In this document: positions 61,592 to 64,000 of the stretch, piece after piece
Layout of the letters: every line of letters starts with the position of its first letter
Numbering within the stretch: the stretch's first letter is position 1
Origin: Gammaproteobacteria bacterium
GTDB taxonomy: Bacteria; Pseudomonadota; Gammaproteobacteria; Magnimaribacterales; D2472
Assembly (NCBI GenBank): GCA_038108875.1
Contig: JAYNII010000005.1
Coordinates: 663 to 64,662 of the forward strand
Length of the DNA: 64,000 nucleotides
Direction: 5' to 3'
Translations under genes and position numbers: made by a program
The notes under the pieces: generated by a model
The model's database searches: none
What the model saw: only the letters and a program-made list of their open reading frames with translations
Told to the model about the DNA's origin: nothing

Positions 61592-62536
61592 ATGAGCAGT
61601 CAATTTTTAGAATTTGAAAGACCTCTTGCCGATATTTTAGAAAAAATAGATGCTCTAAGACAGGCTTCTAAAGGAAATGCGTCCTTGCTTAAAGAAATTC
61701 AATCCTTAGAGGATGAAGAACACAAACTCCGAAAAAAGATATTTTCTAAGCTTTCAATTTGGCAGAAAGTCCAGGTCGCGCGACATCCTAAGAGACCACA
61801 TATTTCAGATTTCATTCCAAGAATATTTAGTGATTTTGATGAGCTTCATGGTGATAGGCAGTTCGCTGACGACGCTTCTATCATAGGTGGTATTGCTACC
61901 TTTGAAAGCATTCCAGTTATGATTGTTGGGCACGAAAAGGGCAGAGAAACTTCCGAGAAAGTAAAAAGAAACTTTGGCATGGCGCAGCCAGAGGGTTACA
62001 GGAAAGCAAAGCGATTGTTTCAACTCGCAGAGAGATTCTCACTTCCAGTAATAACTTTCATTGATACAGCTGGAGCATATCCAGGAGTCGAGGGTGAAGA
62101 AAGAGGTCAATCAGAAGCTATTGCTCAAAATTTAGCTGTAATGTCTAAATTGAGAACTCCTATAATAGTTATTATCACAGGCGAGGGCGGCTCAGGAGGC
62201 GCATTAGCAATAGGGGTTGGAGACCATGTTGCAATTTTTGAGCACGCAATATATTCAGTTGCTTCTCCGGAGGCTTGTGCATCTATAGTATGGCGATCAT
62301 CTGAGAATGCTCCCGATGCTGCAGAAGCAATGAAAGTAAGCGCGCAAGAATTAATTAAAATTGGGATAGTAGATGAAATTATCTCAGAACCTTCTGGAGG
62401 AGCACATAGAGATTATGACGAGATGTCAAGTTCTCTTAAGAAAACACTCGTAAATGTTCTTTCTAGATTGAATAAGCAATCAATTGATGAGCTGCTTCAA
62501 CACAGATACCAAAGACTTCTAAGAATTGGCTCATAG
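61592..62536 (+). CDS. accA: Acetyl-CoA carboxylase carboxyltransferase subunit alpha
   Basis: 314 aa. N-terminus MSSQFLEFERPLADILEKIDAL aligns with E. coli AccA. ITFIDTAGAYPG motif. Confidence 0.98.
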   Translation: MSSQFLEFERPLADILEKIDALRQASKGNASLLKEIQSLEDEEHKLRKKIFSKLSIWQKVQVARHPKRPHISDFIPRIFSDFDELHGDRQFADDASIIGGIATFESIPVMIVGHEKGRETSEKVKRNFGMAQPEGYRKAKRLFQLAERFSLPVITFIDTAGAYPGVEGEERGQSEAIAQNLAVMSKLRTPIIVIITGEGGSGGALAIGVGDHVAIFEHAIYSVASPEACASIVWRSSENAPDAAEAMKVSAQELIKIGIVDEIISEPSGGAHRDYDEMSSSLKKTLVNVLSRLNKQSIDELLQHRYQRLLRIGS

Positions 62537-63503
62537 CAATTTTTCTCCTGAAGAAATTTTAAAAAACATTAATTCTGATTTGGATACGATTGTAGCTTTT
62601 AGCGGAGGATCGGATTCAACTGCATTATTGGTTGGACTTCACAAATTAAAAAATGAAAATAAACTTTTAAGTAAACTTGCAGCACTTCATATCAACCATG
62701 GCATTAATTCTCAAGCAAACTCATGGGAAAAACATTGTAAGCAAAAAGCTGAGTCATTAGGCATAACTTTCTTTTGCGAGAATATAACCCTCAAAACACA
62801 ATCTAAAAGTTATGAATTAGAAGCTCGAAAGGCTAGATTTGAAGTTTTTAAGAAATATTCAAAATATTATCCCCAAATCTGTCTTGCACACCATTTAGAT
62901 GATCAAGTAGAAACAATTTTATTTAGGATTTTCAGAGGCAGCGGGTTGAGAGGCGTTATGGGCATGAAGTTTTCTAGGAAAGTTGGTGAAGGAAGAATTG
63001 TCCGCCCATTATTAGAGGTCCCCAAGAGCGCCCTTGTAAATTATTTGAAATCTCAAAATATTGATTTCATAACCGATCCTTCTAATTCAGATGAAAACAT
63101 AGATAGAAATTTTCTTAGGAATTCTGTTTTACCTTTGATTGAATCAAGATGGAACGCTGCTTCAAGAAAAATTTTTGACTTTAGTAGGCTTGTGAAGGAG
63201 GAATTAGAAATTTTAGATACATTATTTGAAACCTCGTATGGCAATCTCTATAGAACAGATTCACTAGATAAAAGAGAACTTATAAGCCTTAACTCTTCCT
63301 TAAGGAGCAAAATAATCAGACATTGGCTTGAGTTTAATCAACTTCCTACTCCAAATTTAAAAGTACTTAAAGAAGTTGAAAAAACGTTTTTAGATTCACC
63401 CTCCTCGCTCAAGGCAGAGGTTAGTTGGCGAAGATCGGATGCTCCTGAGCAAGGTGTTATACTGCGTATTAATAAAAATGAGATTTACTTTGAGGTAGTT
63501 TAA
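62526..63503 (+). CDS. tilS: tRNA(Ile)-lysidine synthase (short form)
   Basis: 325 aa with PP-loop motif VAFSGGSDS. TTG start 11 nt inside accA (next in-frame TTG is 18 codons downstream). accA-tilS linkage as in Pseudomonas. Confidence 0.88.
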   Translation: MAHSNFSPEEILKNINSDLDTIVAFSGGSDSTALLVGLHKLKNENKLLSKLAALHINHGINSQANSWEKHCKQKAESLGITFFCENITLKTQSKSYELEARKARFEVFKKYSKYYPQICLAHHLDDQVETILFRIFRGSGLRGVMGMKFSRKVGEGRIVRPLLEVPKSALVNYLKSQNIDFITDPSNSDENIDRNFLRNSVLPLIESRWNAASRKIFDFSRLVKEELEILDTLFETSYGNLYRTDSLDKRELISLNSSLRSKIIRHWLEFNQLPTPNLKVLKEVEKTFLDSPSSLKAEVSWRRSDAPEQGVILRINKNEIYFEVV

Positions 63504-63505
63504 AA

Positions 63506-64000
63506 ATGGAATACGAAACTCTTAAATTAGATATAAATTACGAAACCAAGATAGCAAAAATATTACTCACAAGACCCCAGGCAATGAATGCTTTTAATGA
63601 GCAACTAGTATGGGATCTTAAAGATGCAACAGAAAGAGTCTCAAATGAAGAAAAAATTAGGGTATGTGTTCTAACTGGCATGGGGAGAGGTTTTTCTTCG
63701 GGTGCAGATCTCCAAGAGAGAGGTGCAAGCTGGAAAAGCACCAAAGATTCTCTTCTAAATGGATACCTTCCAAGTTTAAAAGCAATTATTAATATGCCAA
63801 TTCCTGTGATAGCTTCAATAAACGGACCCGCTGCAGGTATTGGTGCAGCTTATGCAATGGCTTGCGATCTTCGTATTATGTCTAGGGATGCGTTCATTAT
63901 GTCTGTATTTAGTAATATTGCGCTTGTCCCAGACGGCGGACTCGCTTGGTTGTTACCCAAAGGTTTTGGTTATGCTAAGGCATTAGAATATGCAATTGAG
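63506..64000 (+). CDS. Enoyl-CoA hydratase/isomerase (crotonase) family protein, N-terminal 165 aa (3' end outside window)
   Basis: Hand translation from ATG 63506 gives MEYETLKLDINYETKIAKILLTRPQAMNAFN...VLTGMGRGFSSGADL...INGPAAGIGAAYAMACDLRIM. Open to the window end. Absent from the ORF track. Confidence 0.85.
   Translation, partial: MEYETLKLDINYETKIAKILLTRPQAMNAFNEQLVWDLKDATERVSNEEKIRVCVLTGMGRGFSSGADLQERGASWKSTKDSLLNGYLPSLKAIINMPIPVIASINGPAAGIGAAYAMACDLRIMSRDAFIMSVFSNIALVPDGGLAWLLPKGFGYAKALEYAIE

Noticed and set aside
63538-63744. 68-aa - strand ORF near the window end
   Set aside because: The + strand here encodes a clear crotonase-family N-terminus (GFSSGADL, NGPAAGIG) that is open to the window edge.
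1-64000. Scan for CRISPR arrays, IS elements or transposases, integrases, tRNA or rRNA genes, long direct or inverted repeats, and defence or toxin-antitoxin modules
   Set aside because: None found. Every spacer longer than about 50 nt is accounted for. The ratA-like gene is the conserved housekeeping SRPBCC/rnfH pair rather than a mobile toxin module. Coding density leaves no room for hidden multi-gene systems.

Overview
This window is core-genome sequence from a visibly AT-rich, very tightly packed gammaproteobacterial chromosome. Gene order matches the Pseudomonas-type arrangement. I did not compute GC content, and no taxon can be assigned from the sequence alone.

Gene content:
- Bases 1-26950 form one co-directional block on the + strand: nusG (3' end)-rplKAJL-rpoBC-rpsLG-fusA, then the fused S10-spc-alpha ribosomal-protein clusters. 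rpmJ belongs to this block but is missing from the ORF track.
- Next come uvrA(-), ssb, a crotonase-family gene, fabB-fabA-ispB(-), rplU-rpmA-obg, rpsT(-), the tmRNA gene ssrA(-) and smpB(-).
- Then a small membrane protein plus an NSS-family transporter, ratA-like and rnfH, bamE(-), fur and grpE-dnaK-dnaJ-dapB.
- The window ends with the long conserved run rpsB-tsf-pyrH-frr-uppS-cdsA-dxr-rseP-bamA-skp-lpxD-fabZ-lpxA-lpxB-rnhB-dnaE-accA-tilS and a second, partial crotonase gene.

I see no mobile elements, CRISPR arrays, tRNA or rRNA genes, prophage, defence or toxin islands, or pseudogenes. I found no convincing evidence of a novel multi-gene system. This is an ordinary housekeeping region.

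The points worth a second look mostly follow from extreme compaction:
- Nearly all classical r-protein leaders and attenuators are squeezed out, while the L10 and S2 leaders are kept.
- All four convergent gene pairs overlap at their stop codons, with no terminator between them.
- tuf is absent from the str operon.
- The tmRNA tag is non-acidic (ANNNYALAA).
- There is a clean sigma32-type promoter in front of grpE.
- Ribosomal protein S2 carries an 80-aa charged tail.
- A two-gene membrane insertion sits in the conserved smpB/ratA locus.

All functional calls are by-eye homology and motif recognition. No database search was run.
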